A stretch of DNA of 64,000 nt from positions 38,619 through 102,618 of the forward strand of contig CBFIDY010000003.1 of assembly GCA_965661495.1 (NCBI GenBank), in the 5' to 3' direction. Below, one piece after another: positions 43,313-52,457 of the stretch; the first letter of the stretch is position 1; each line of letters opens with the position of its first letter. The notes under the pieces were generated by a model. The model searched no databases and had not been told where the DNA came from. It worked only from the letters and a program-made list of their open reading frames with translations. Origin of the DNA: Pseudohongiellaceae bacterium. Its GTDB lineage: Bacteria; Pseudomonadota; Gammaproteobacteria; Pseudomonadales; Pseudohongiellaceae. The translations under genes and the position numbers were made by a program.

Positions 43313-44328
43313 GCCGTCTCCTTCTTACCCTGCGCTCGCTAGCATTCAATGCTGCAGCGGTAATACTTTTCTGTGCAGTCACTAATATTTCCGCTGCACA
43401 GGAGCTGCGCCTTAGCTACCAGCAGGTCGCGCTGCAAGTGAGTGACCTCGCACGCTCTACCGATTTTTATTCGCGTCTTTTTGGTTTAGAGCCGAAGCTC
43501 GAATCTATGGCAGCAGAATTTTATCTTGGTGCTAATGTGTCTTTTTTGCTCTTGCAAGCGCCGCCGGCAACCTTGCCTAAAATTGCATGGATAGGACTGG
43601 CTGTTGAGAACCAGGATTCCGGCGAAGAAGATAGGCGCGTATCGAGTGCCGAGCTTGAGGCGCTGCTGCGTCGAGCGGGATTGAGTGAAGGGCCTGTGCC
43701 GCAGTCGATAGGCTTGTCCGCTGCCTCCACGTACTGGTCCGACTCAGTCGGCAGCGCGGAGGCGTTGTTCTTCGCCGACGGCGAAGGGATTCCCTTTCGC
43801 TTGCTTCTTGATAGCTGCAGGGCCTGCAGTTCGCAGCCAGCAGGTAACGGCGCAATTACGGCCTTAGGGATCAATCACTTTACCAATTTCGTCAGTGATG
43901 CACCGCGTAGCAATGCGCTAATGCAGGAGCTCTTCGGTCTCGGCATTCTGTCCTATCAGGGGCCTACCGCGCCCACGCTGAGCTTGGGCGACGGCAGGCA
44001 GTTTCTGATGTACTTCGGCGCAGGCGATCCTCAACAGCCAGAGGCTGCGGGGCGCACTGACCATGTGAGCCTCGCCGTGGCAGACTTCGATGTTACGGCG
44101 CTACAGTCGCGACTCGAGAGACTCGGAATACAAGCTGGCTCAGGCGCCAGACCGCCCCAGCCGCTGCGTCATTGGTTGAGCATGAGAATGGCCAACCGCG
44201 GCGGTGCGCAGGACGGAACTCCTGAGCTCTATTTTAGCGACCCCGACGGTATCGCTATTCAACTCCAGGATCCGAGCTACTGCGGCGGCAGCGGCTATTT
44301 AGGCGATGAGTGCCCGCCGCTTAATTGA
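43309..44328 (+). CDS. Secreted two-domain VOC (glyoxalase/bleomycin-resistance/dioxygenase) family protein
   Basis: Signal peptide (AVILFCAVTNISAAQE) and two VOC modules (VALQVSDLARSTDFYSRLFGL; INHFTNFVSD...YFSDPDGIAIQLQD). ATGA overlap with the rhodanese gene. Confidence 0.7.
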   Translation: MSRLLLTLRSLAFNAAAVILFCAVTNISAAQELRLSYQQVALQVSDLARSTDFYSRLFGLEPKLESMAAEFYLGANVSFLLLQAPPATLPKIAWIGLAVENQDSGEEDRRVSSAELEALLRRAGLSEGPVPQSIGLSAASTYWSDSVGSAEALFFADGEGIPFRLLLDSCRACSSQPAGNGAITALGINHFTNFVSDAPRSNALMQELFGLGILSYQGPTAPTLSLGDGRQFLMYFGAGDPQQPEAAGRTDHVSLAVADFDVTALQSRLERLGIQAGSGARPPQPLRHWLSMRMANRGGAQDGTPELYFSDPDGIAIQLQDPSYCGGSGYLGDECPPLN

Positions 44329-44424
44329 AGCTTCATCCTCTTGGCGTGCGTTCAAGAGATGAGAGGGTGGCGAGAGAGCTTAGCATTAAAGAATTAACTA
44401 GATTTGTCAGTGAGGAAAAGCAGT

Positions 44425-45444
44425 ATGGAATATCGTTATATCGGCAAGAGCGGTTTACGAGTCACTCCTATTTGTATGGGAACTATGAGCTTCGGCAGTT
44501 GGAGTGACAAAAAAGAGTCTTTTAAGATTCTGGATACCGCCTATGACCGCGGTATCAATTTCTATGACACCGCCGAAATTTACCCCGTGCCTCCTAGCGC
44601 GGAAACGACTGGAATCACCGAAGAAATTTTTGGCGAATGGATACAGACCAAGCCGAGAGACTCACTCATTGTCGCGACCAAAGTGGCGGGTGCAGCAGCG
44701 GGCTGGTTTGTTCCGCCTATTCGCCATGGTCTCACCGCGATAGATCGATTCCACATTGAGACCGCGATCGAAGGCAGTCTTAGACGCTTGGGCACCGACT
44801 ACGTCGACCTCTATCAGGTGCACTGGCCTGACCCCGTTGTGCCAATTGAGGAATCAATGGAAGCGCTAGATCGGCTCGTGCAGGCGGGCAAGGTGCGCTA
44901 CATCGGGACCTCGAATGAGACGACTTACGGATTGACCAAGGCAAACACTGTGGCCTCATACGAAGGCCTCGCAAAGTTTCAGTCTATTCAGAATAATTTC
45001 TCGCTGCTGCACCGTCGTTTCCTTGATGAATTGGCGGACGCCTGTCGCCGCGAGAATGTTTCGCTGCTGCCTTATTCACCTATCGGCGGCGGCGTACTGA
45101 GCGGAAAATACAACGCCCCAGAGATGCCTAAAGGCTGCCGTTTTGGCGATTACCACTACCATGACAATCCTCGTCAGCGAGCTATGGCAGATCGCTTTGT
45201 GAATCCCGCCACGCTGGCCGCCACAGAAAAATACCTAGAGATTGCGAAGGACGCCGGCATGGCGCCGGTTACTCTTGCGACGGCTTGGAGCATGAATTTT
45301 GATTTCGTTGCTTCAACCATCATCGGCGCACGCACGGCGGCGCAGCTAGAGGATTCGCTCGCCGCATTGGATGTCACGCTGACCGACGAAATCATGCAGC
45401 AGTGTGACGAAGTTCATAAGCAATTCCCTTACCCCATGGGCTAA
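44425..45444 (+). CDS. Aldo/keto reductase (Tas/Yak-like, NADPH-dependent)
   Basis: ATG 44425 preceded by GAGGAAAAG. MEYRYIGKSGLRVTPICMGTMSFG and GINFYDTAEIY. Confidence 0.88.
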   Translation: MEYRYIGKSGLRVTPICMGTMSFGSWSDKKESFKILDTAYDRGINFYDTAEIYPVPPSAETTGITEEIFGEWIQTKPRDSLIVATKVAGAAAGWFVPPIRHGLTAIDRFHIETAIEGSLRRLGTDYVDLYQVHWPDPVVPIEESMEALDRLVQAGKVRYIGTSNETTYGLTKANTVASYEGLAKFQSIQNNFSLLHRRFLDELADACRRENVSLLPYSPIGGGVLSGKYNAPEMPKGCRFGDYHYHDNPRQRAMADRFVNPATLAATEKYLEIAKDAGMAPVTLATAWSMNFDFVASTIIGARTAAQLEDSLAALDVTLTDEIMQQCDEVHKQFPYPMG

Positions 45445-45446
45445 CG

Positions 45447-46277
45447 ATGACGAGTATTCGGAAACTCGCTGCGGTGTGTCTGCTTTGCGTAGCGAGTTCA
45501 CTGTTGGCCAGCGAAGTGGTCATCTCGCACTGCTACGAAGGCGCCTGCCCGTCACAGCAGGGCGATGAGGGCGAGTACAGTCTTGTCGTAAGGCCGCTTT
45601 TCGCCGCTGCTATAGACCTGCAAACGCAGGAGCAGCTGCCGAGCTGGCTAGCCTATCGCATAGTTGACGGCAGCGTCGGTGTTGCCTCGCTGCTGCCGCG
45701 GGAGTGGCGCGCTGACACCCTGCTGAGCCGGAGCGATGAGCCTAGTTTGGCCGAGGACGCGAGTACTCGACTCGTCCAGCCGGATCTGCGCGGCTCGCAA
45801 GACCGCGACTACAGATTAACTGAGGTGACGCTGCTGGCGGCGGAGCAGGGCAGGTTGGCACCCATGACAAGTTTTTCTGCCACACCGCTGTGGGACGAGC
45901 TTAATTTATTGAGCAATCGAGCGCGCCTACCCAGTGGTCTGCGTCTGGGGCCATGGTCGCGCCTCGATCAGTCCCTGAATGCGCTAGCACAGACGCAGTC
46001 GCCCCGCGACGATGGGCGGCCGCAGCCGGTTTATGTGATTAGTGGCCCTCTGCCGAGTGACGAGTCAAGTCCCGCAGGTTTTTTTAAGATTGCGCTTGCT
46101 AACAACAGCTATGCCGCCTTTGTGTTTCCCTCTAGCACGCAGAGCCACAGCGATTACTGTGCCGCGCAAGCGACTCTGGAGTCGCTAGAGTCGCGCACCG
46201 AGGTCACTTATTTCCCGGCCGCTGAAAGGCTGAGCAACGACCTTGCCGCAGCACTAGGCTGCACTTCGAACAGATAG
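45447..46277 (+). CDS. Secreted Serratia-NucA-family (Endonuclease_NS) homologue with substituted catalytic residues (probable pseudo-nuclease)
   Basis: Collinear with NucA as remembered: HCYEGACP / NCAVGCP, SWLAYRI / NWVAYHI and VYVISGPL / VYTVTGPL. AEQGRLAPMTS aligns with VDRGHQAPLAS. WDELNLLSNRARLPSGLRLGPWSRLDQ aligns with WESLNYLSNITPQKSDLNQGAWARLED. Confidence 0.6.
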   Translation: MTSIRKLAAVCLLCVASSLLASEVVISHCYEGACPSQQGDEGEYSLVVRPLFAAAIDLQTQEQLPSWLAYRIVDGSVGVASLLPREWRADTLLSRSDEPSLAEDASTRLVQPDLRGSQDRDYRLTEVTLLAAEQGRLAPMTSFSATPLWDELNLLSNRARLPSGLRLGPWSRLDQSLNALAQTQSPRDDGRPQPVYVISGPLPSDESSPAGFFKIALANNSYAAFVFPSSTQSHSDYCAAQATLESLESRTEVTYFPAAERLSNDLAAALGCTSNR

Positions 46278-46287
46278 GATTGAATCC

Positions 46288-47004
46288 ATGAGTTTACTTT
46301 CTTCGCAGCAGGATGCTGGCGACTACCTTTTCACACCTCCGCCGCAGGTCGCCGTGCCAGTCGCAGGCTGCGAGCAGCGCTTCCCTGTTCATCGCATTTA
46401 CTGCGTTGGTCGAAACTACGCCGACCATGTCGCCGAAATGGGTGGCGATCCGAAAGCCGAGCCGCCCGTTTTTTTCTCCAAGCCGGCGAGCGCTCTGGTA
46501 GTAGAGGGTCAGGCCGTCCGCTACCCGCAAGCGACAAGCGATTTACATCACGAAGTCGAATTAGTTGTCGCGCTGGGTAAGGGTGGCTGCGATTTGACTC
46601 TTGAGCAGGCAGCGGACTGCGTGCTGGCCTATGGCGTGGGTATCGATTTCACGCGCCGTGACCTGCAGGCGGTAGCGAAGAAACATGGTCGCCCCTGGGA
46701 TACGGCGAAGGGTTTTGACGAATCTGCCCCAATCTCCGCGCTTAGTTTGGCAAGGCATGTTGTGCTTGCAGACGACGCGAGGATTGCGCTGGAGGTCAAT
46801 GGCGAACTCCGGCAAGAGGCGACACTGGCGCAGATGATCTGGAGTGTGCCAGAAATTCTGGTGCAGCTGTCTGGCCTGTTTGAACTCAAGCCCGGGGATA
46901 TTATTTACACGGGCACACCAGCGGGAGTTGCAGCGACCCAGCGAGGCGATAGTCTCAGCGCGTCCATCGCGGGTCTAGAGCCGCTTAACTTCACTCTGAT
47001 TTAG
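46288..47004 (+). CDS. Fumarylacetoacetate hydrolase (FAH)-family protein
   Basis: RIYCVGRNYADHVAEMG, HHEVELVVALG and IYTGTPAGV. Confidence 0.85.
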   Translation: MSLLSSQQDAGDYLFTPPPQVAVPVAGCEQRFPVHRIYCVGRNYADHVAEMGGDPKAEPPVFFSKPASALVVEGQAVRYPQATSDLHHEVELVVALGKGGCDLTLEQAADCVLAYGVGIDFTRRDLQAVAKKHGRPWDTAKGFDESAPISALSLARHVVLADDARIALEVNGELRQEATLAQMIWSVPEILVQLSGLFELKPGDIIYTGTPAGVAATQRGDSLSASIAGLEPLNFTLI

Positions 47005-47015
47005 GCGGAGGCCGT

Positions 47016-48809
47016 ATGCCAGCGAGCGACACGCTTGCCCAGCTACAGCTGATGGCTGTGCTTATTGTTTTACTGATTCTGCTGGTATGGGGACGATGGC
47101 GCTACGACGTTGTCGCGCTGGGTGCGCTTTTCCTCGCTGCGCTGCTAGGCCTTGTGCCGCAGGCGGAATTGTTCAGCGGCTTTGGCAATCCGGCAACGAT
47201 CACCGTGGTCTTGGTGTTGATAGTGAGCTTTGGCCTGTCTCGGTCCGGCGCTGTCGGCTTCGTGACCAGCGCCATAGACCCACTGTCGTCGCGGCCTTGG
47301 CTGCATATTGCCGTGCTGTCTTTTATCGCCGCTTTTCTGTCGATGTTTATGAATAATGTCGGTGCTCTTGCGTTATTGATGCCGATCGCTATTCAGTCGA
47401 CCAACGCTGCAGGGCGTTCGCCGGCAAGCGTGCTTATGCCTTTGTCTTTCGGCTCTATTCTTGGCGGCCTTGTTACTTTAATAGGCACGCCGCCAAATAT
47501 TTTGATTGCCAACTATCGCGAAGAGCTCACCGGCGAAGCCTTTAGCATGTTCGACTATGCGCCGGTTGGCGGCACGGTAGCACTGGCAGGCATCGTGTTT
47601 ATGCTGCTGTTTGGTTCGAAACTCGTGAAAGTGAGGCAGCAGTCGCAGGGCACTGAGGGCTTCGATATCGAACGCTATTTGTTTGAGGCGCGGGTGGTTG
47701 CAGACAGCGCTTTTCTCGGCAAAACAGTCGGCGAACTAAAAGCCGCGCTGGCCGCAGGCAAGATGGACCTGGTCACTCTGCAGAGCCGACGCCAGATTGC
47801 GGCGGTGGCGAATCGACATCAGCAGCTAAGCGAGGGCGATATCTTGGTGCTGCAGGGCTCTCAGGAAGACATCGATGCCTTCACCACTGAACACGATCTC
47901 GCTTTGGTTAGCGCTGAGAATTCGACGCGTGAGCTGCTGCACTCGGCAGATTCCCAGATGCTGGAAATTGTCGTCACCCCACGCTCACCGCTGGTAGGCA
48001 GAACGCCGGCGCAAATGCGCTTCAATCGCCGCTACGGGGTAAACCTGTTGGCGGCGTCACGCTCAGGGACGCCGCATCGCAGTCGTTTGCGAGATTTTGA
48101 AATCCGTGTAGGTGATGTGTTGCTGCTGCATGGCGAAGAGGAGGCTCTGCAGGACGCAGTGGCTAAGCTCGACTGTTATCCGCTAGCCACCCGCGCGCTT
48201 GATCTTAAGCGCGGCGAGAATTCCTTGCCGGCGTTAATTATTTTCATCACGGCAATCGCGGCCACTGCGCTAGGTTTGGTCTCTATTCAACTCGCGCTAG
48301 GGCTAGCGACGGTGGCTATGGTGCTGCGTTCCATTGTGCCTGTGCGCGAGCTTTACTCAGGAGTTGATTGGCCCGTGGTAGTGCTTCTAGGTGCGCTGAT
48401 TCCCCTTGGCACTGCACTGGAGACCACCGGTGCAACGCAGGTGCTGGTAGGCGGTATTTTGAGTGTAGCAGGGGACTATTCGCCGGTGCTCTTGCTGAGC
48501 CTAATTCTTGTCGTCACGATGACCGTGTCCGATGTGCTGAATAACGCGGCGACAGCGATCCTCATGGCGCCAATCGCCTACTCAATTGCGACGACGCTAG
48601 GTTTGAATCCGGACACCTTTTTGATGGCCGTTGCGGTAGGGGCGTCCTGCGCTTTTCTGACCCCCATAGGTCATCAGAACAATGCGCTAATAATGGGACC
48701 CGGAGGGTACGAATTTGGCGATTACTGGCGCGTCGGCTTGCCGCTGGAAATCGTCATAGTCGCTGTCGCAGTGCCTGCGCTGCTCATCGCTTGGCCCTTG
48801 AGTGGGTAA
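47016..48809 (+). CDS. SLC13/DASS-type permease with two central TrkA-C domains
   Basis: 597 aa. Hydrophobic N- and C-terminal halves flank a soluble repeat (RVVADSAFLGKTVGEL...; EIVVTPRSPLVGRTPAQM...). Confidence 0.85.
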   Translation: MPASDTLAQLQLMAVLIVLLILLVWGRWRYDVVALGALFLAALLGLVPQAELFSGFGNPATITVVLVLIVSFGLSRSGAVGFVTSAIDPLSSRPWLHIAVLSFIAAFLSMFMNNVGALALLMPIAIQSTNAAGRSPASVLMPLSFGSILGGLVTLIGTPPNILIANYREELTGEAFSMFDYAPVGGTVALAGIVFMLLFGSKLVKVRQQSQGTEGFDIERYLFEARVVADSAFLGKTVGELKAALAAGKMDLVTLQSRRQIAAVANRHQQLSEGDILVLQGSQEDIDAFTTEHDLALVSAENSTRELLHSADSQMLEIVVTPRSPLVGRTPAQMRFNRRYGVNLLAASRSGTPHRSRLRDFEIRVGDVLLLHGEEEALQDAVAKLDCYPLATRALDLKRGENSLPALIIFITAIAATALGLVSIQLALGLATVAMVLRSIVPVRELYSGVDWPVVVLLGALIPLGTALETTGATQVLVGGILSVAGDYSPVLLLSLILVVTMTVSDVLNNAATAILMAPIAYSIATTLGLNPDTFLMAVAVGASCAFLTPIGHQNNALIMGPGGYEFGDYWRVGLPLEIVIVAVAVPALLIAWPLSG

Positions 48810-48840
48810 TGCTCTGGGCGCGCAGGCACTGCTTAAACTT

Positions 48841-49089
48841 TTAGCCGAGGCGATCTAGCAAGCCACTGGGTTCTGAGTCATCGTCGAGCTCATCCCATTC
48901 ATAGCTGTCACGCAGGCGTTTGTTTTCGAGCCTGTCTTCGATGCGGCGCCGCAAATCGGTTACTGCCGACTTACTGGATTTCGCACTAAGCGCTGTGGTT
49001 TCTTCATCGCTTATTTCAAGTTCGCTAGGCTCGAAAGTATCGGAGGACTGCTCGTCCTCGCTGTTGTCATCCCAATCCTCTTCTTTCAT
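48841..49089 (-). CDS. Small acidic protein (resembles the PA3496-type small conserved protein family)
   Basis: 82 aa with D/E-rich termini around a basic helix (DLRRRIEDRLENKRLRDSYEWDELDDD). The family assignment is from memory only. Confidence 0.5.
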   Translation of the reverse strand: MKEEDWDDNSEDEQSSDTFEPSELEISDEETTALSAKSSKSAVTDLRRRIEDRLENKRLRDSYEWDELDDDSEPSGLLDRLG

Positions 49090-49275
49090 GGCACCCTCAC
49101 AATCAAACAGTTGAATAAAAGTGAACGCTTTACTGCCCCGTAGACGCCGTCATAAAGTCAGGTCGTCTAAATTGATATCGGCTTTGCTAGGGCATCGCTT
49201 TAAGTCTGTAGAACTTAAAGAGGAAGCAAAGAGTAAAGACGATGATCAATTTTCGCGGATTCTAATCAGACAAAT

Positions 49276-49308
49276 GCCCGCCGTCGAGAATTATTTTCGG
49301 CGGCGGGC
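49276..49308 (-). terminator. GC-rich hairpin downstream of the acyl-CoA synthetase gene
   Basis: GCCCGCCGTCGA-N9-TCGGCGGCGGGC, with 11 of 12 positions paired. Confidence 0.55.
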
Positions 49309-49363
49309 GGCGAGGGGATGGGTGGTATAGACAGGCCTTGAGCGCGGGTAGGCAGCCTTGTCG

Positions 49364-51100
49364 CTAGGCTTGCTGCTTGAGCAGATCTAAGGTTTTTGCG
49401 CGGAGTTCTTTCTTTGCAATCTTGCCTGTGGCGATGCGTGGAAGTTGCTCATGCTGGAAGTAAAAACGCTCGGGTATCTTGAACGCAGCCAGGCGGCTTG
49501 CTAGGTGATCTTTGATCTGTATTTCATCTAAGCTGCAGTCTTTTTTCAGCATAATTGTGGCACAGGGAACTTCGCCAAGACGGGTGTCTGGGATTCCGTA
49601 AACAGACACTTCGCTCACGCTGGGGTGTTCGGCAATAGCATACTCAACCTCAGCGCAGCCGATGTTCTCGCCGCCCCGAATGACGATGTCCTTAGCTCTG
49701 TCGAGCAAGATGAGGAAGCCTAGGCTATCGAGCATGCCAATATCGCCGGTATGGAACCAGCCGTCTTTTATAACCTCGGCGGTCGCCTCTGGTTGATTCC
49801 AATAGCCGTGCATCACGGTCGGTCCTTTAATGCAGACCTCGCCGATACCGCCGGCAGGGAGTTCTGCCCCGTTCTCATCGACAATGCGCACGCTGGTAAC
49901 CGGCGGAGTAGGTCTGCCAGTGCTGTTTGGTCGAGCAAGATAGAACACGCCGGAGATGATCGCGCCGATGGCATTGGTTTCGGTAAGTCCGTAACCCAGT
50001 CCTGGGATCGCTTTTTCAGGAAACTTTTCAACAATGAGGTTGAGATGTTCCGGTGGTCGTGGGGCGCCGCCTGCTTGGACGCTGCGCAGACTGCGTAGGT
50101 CAGTAGAGGCGAACTTCTCTGACTGCATAACTTCCCAAGCCATGGTTGGAACGCCGTGGAGTATAGAGATTCGCTCCTTCTCTATAAGCTCCAGTGCCTG
50201 CTCTGCATTCCACTTAAACATCATCACGAATTTGCGTTCGTAGAGGAAACTGGACAGGAACTGAGCGTGGCTGCCGGTGCAGTGAAAGAGAGGCACGTTG
50301 GCCAGCAGTGCAGCTTGAAATTCAGGATTGTCTTCCCTGAGCTCTGGGCGCAGGGTTTCGGTAATTTCCTTGACGAATTTCCAAGTGTAAAGCGCGCTGA
50401 TCGTATTGCGATGACTAGACAGCACGCCTTTGGGGTTACCCGTTGAGCCGGAGGTGTAGAGTATTGTGGCGCGGTCATCTGCGCCGACTTTGAAGCTCGC
50501 TATGTCGTCGTCGCTTAAGGGTTCGAATTGCGCCGCGAGAGCATAAAATTCTGGATAGTCGGCACAGAGTTCTCCTTCGGGTTTGGCGATTACGGCTTCG
50601 ATACCGAGCTTGCCAAGCGCATCGTGCATATGGGCCAAGCGAGGAGGGTCGGTAACGATAAGCTTGCAACCGCTGTCCTGCAAGCCGTATTCGATTTCTC
50701 TGCCCTGCCACCACGAGTTCATGGGCACAGCAATGGCGCCGATCTGTGTAATCGCCATGAACGCTATACACCATTCTGGGGAGTTGCGAGCGCAAATCGC
50801 TACGCGGTCACCCTGCTGTATCGCGTATTTTTCGACCAGCGCGCGAGAAAAACGTCGTGCGAGCGTGAGTGTTTCGCCAAAGCTGAAACGCTCGTCCTGA
50901 TAAACCAGAAAGCACAGCTCTTCGAAACCGCGTGCTAGCTGGTAGTAGTCCCCGAGGCTTGCAGGGATGTTGCTAAAGACGTCGATCTCAACACCTTGCA
51001 CTTCTTCTTTATGGATGGCGAATTCGCCGCTAGCCATCTTGTCGCCGGCTATGGTTTTAAGCTGTTCGAGGTCTTGCTGTATTTGTTGATCGCTGAGCAT
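49364..51100 (-). CDS. AMP-dependent acyl-CoA synthetase/ligase
   Basis: YTSGSTGNPKGV AMP-binding motif, GWFHTGD and the C-terminal GKIAKKELR. Confidence 0.88.
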   Translation of the reverse strand: MLSDQQIQQDLEQLKTIAGDKMASGEFAIHKEEVQGVEIDVFSNIPASLGDYYQLARGFEELCFLVYQDERFSFGETLTLARRFSRALVEKYAIQQGDRVAICARNSPEWCIAFMAITQIGAIAVPMNSWWQGREIEYGLQDSGCKLIVTDPPRLAHMHDALGKLGIEAVIAKPEGELCADYPEFYALAAQFEPLSDDDIASFKVGADDRATILYTSGSTGNPKGVLSSHRNTISALYTWKFVKEITETLRPELREDNPEFQAALLANVPLFHCTGSHAQFLSSFLYERKFVMMFKWNAEQALELIEKERISILHGVPTMAWEVMQSEKFASTDLRSLRSVQAGGAPRPPEHLNLIVEKFPEKAIPGLGYGLTETNAIGAIISGVFYLARPNSTGRPTPPVTSVRIVDENGAELPAGGIGEVCIKGPTVMHGYWNQPEATAEVIKDGWFHTGDIGMLDSLGFLILLDRAKDIVIRGGENIGCAEVEYAIAEHPSVSEVSVYGIPDTRLGEVPCATIMLKKDCSLDEIQIKDHLASRLAAFKIPERFYFQHEQLPRIATGKIAKKELRAKTLDLLKQQA

Positions 51101-51163
51101 GGAAGTGCCTTGGTTTATCGTGTTATTCGTTTTTTCGTCTGTTTCGTCTGGGCGGGTGGCTTC

Positions 51164-52150
51164 TTAGGCTTCGTTTTTGACTTCTAGCGTGACCTTGCCC
51201 ATCACCTTGCGCTGAGTGAAGACATTGAAGGCGTCTACGTAGTCTTCAAAAGCAAAGGATTCGGTGACGATGGGTTTTAGTTTGCCCTGTTCGTAAAGGC
51301 TAAAGAGCTCTGAGAAGTTGTTTTCGTATTCAGCTGGTTCTTCTTTGCGGAAGCGGCCGAGGAACACGCCGACCATAGAGGAGCCCTTCAAGAGCGCTAG
51401 GTTAGCTTTGTATTCAGGTATTCTACCGCTAGCGAATCCAACGACAAGCAGCCGGCCATTCCAGCTGATGCAGCGACAGCTCTGATCGAATAGATCACCG
51501 CCTACGGGGTCGTAGATCACATCAGCGCCGCGACCGTTGGTAAGCGCGTTTACTTTTTCTTTGAGCTCACCGTCGCCGTAGTTTAACAGCTCGTCGGGTC
51601 CGGCTGCCTTCACGAACTCAAGCTTCTCATCCGAGCTTGCGGCGGCGATCACGCGCGCGCCCATTAGTTTGCCAAGTTCGACAGCGGCTAGCCCGACGCC
51701 ACCGCTGGCGCCTAGCACCAACAGAGTCTCACCGGCCTGCAGCTGTGCGCGCTGTTTCAGCGCGTGGTAGGAGGTGGTGTAAACCATGGCGAAGCTTGCC
51801 GCGCTTTTAAAATCCATACTGTCGGGGATTTTGCGTAAGCCCTCGGCTTTCACGCGGACCTGCTCTGCTAAGCCGCCAATGCCCGGTGTCGCCATCACGC
51901 GATCACCTACGCTGAAACCCTGTAAATCGGCGCCCACAGAGGCGATGATGCCGCCAACCTCGGAACCTGGGCTAAACGGCATGTCTGGCTGAAATTGGTA
52001 TTTGCCTTGAATCTGAAGGCCGTCGGGGAAGTTCAATGCCGCCGAATAGACTTCGACTATGGCTTCGTCAGCGGCAGGGCTTAGATCATCGATTTCTTCG
52101 AGGCTGAGGTTTTCAGCCGGACCGTGGGACTTGCAGAGTATTGCTTTCAT
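51164..52150 (-). CDS. NADPH:quinone oxidoreductase (MDR/zeta-crystallin family)
   Basis: 328 aa. LNFPD, VLGASGGVGLAAVELGK and a C-terminal GKVTL-type ending. Confidence 0.88.
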   Translation of the reverse strand: MKAILCKSHGPAENLSLEEIDDLSPAADEAIVEVYSAALNFPDGLQIQGKYQFQPDMPFSPGSEVGGIIASVGADLQGFSVGDRVMATPGIGGLAEQVRVKAEGLRKIPDSMDFKSAASFAMVYTTSYHALKQRAQLQAGETLLVLGASGGVGLAAVELGKLMGARVIAAASSDEKLEFVKAAGPDELLNYGDGELKEKVNALTNGRGADVIYDPVGGDLFDQSCRCISWNGRLLVVGFASGRIPEYKANLALLKGSSMVGVFLGRFRKEEPAEYENNFSELFSLYEQGKLKPIVTESFAFEDYVDAFNVFTQRKVMGKVTLEVKNEA

Positions 52151-52457
52151 TTTTTAAGCCTCGAACACTGGTTGAAACTGGCGCGAATGATAAAAGAGGG
52201 GAGAATTCATCCGCTCATAGGACGCACGATTCAAGCATGAAAAGACGGCTACTTCAATTGAGCAGGCTGCCGGTAAGTGTCAAGCATTGGCCTGTGAAAA
52301 ACACGCCCAAGCATTGGGCGGGTGACCCTGCATATTTCGCTGCGCAGGAGATCATTCCCCTGTTTATTTGCGAATGAGTCGTATTGCTCGCTCACCTTAG
52401 ATTAGTTTCCGATCAGGCTCTGAGCTAGAATACGGCAAACCAAGGTGAACTTAGCGA

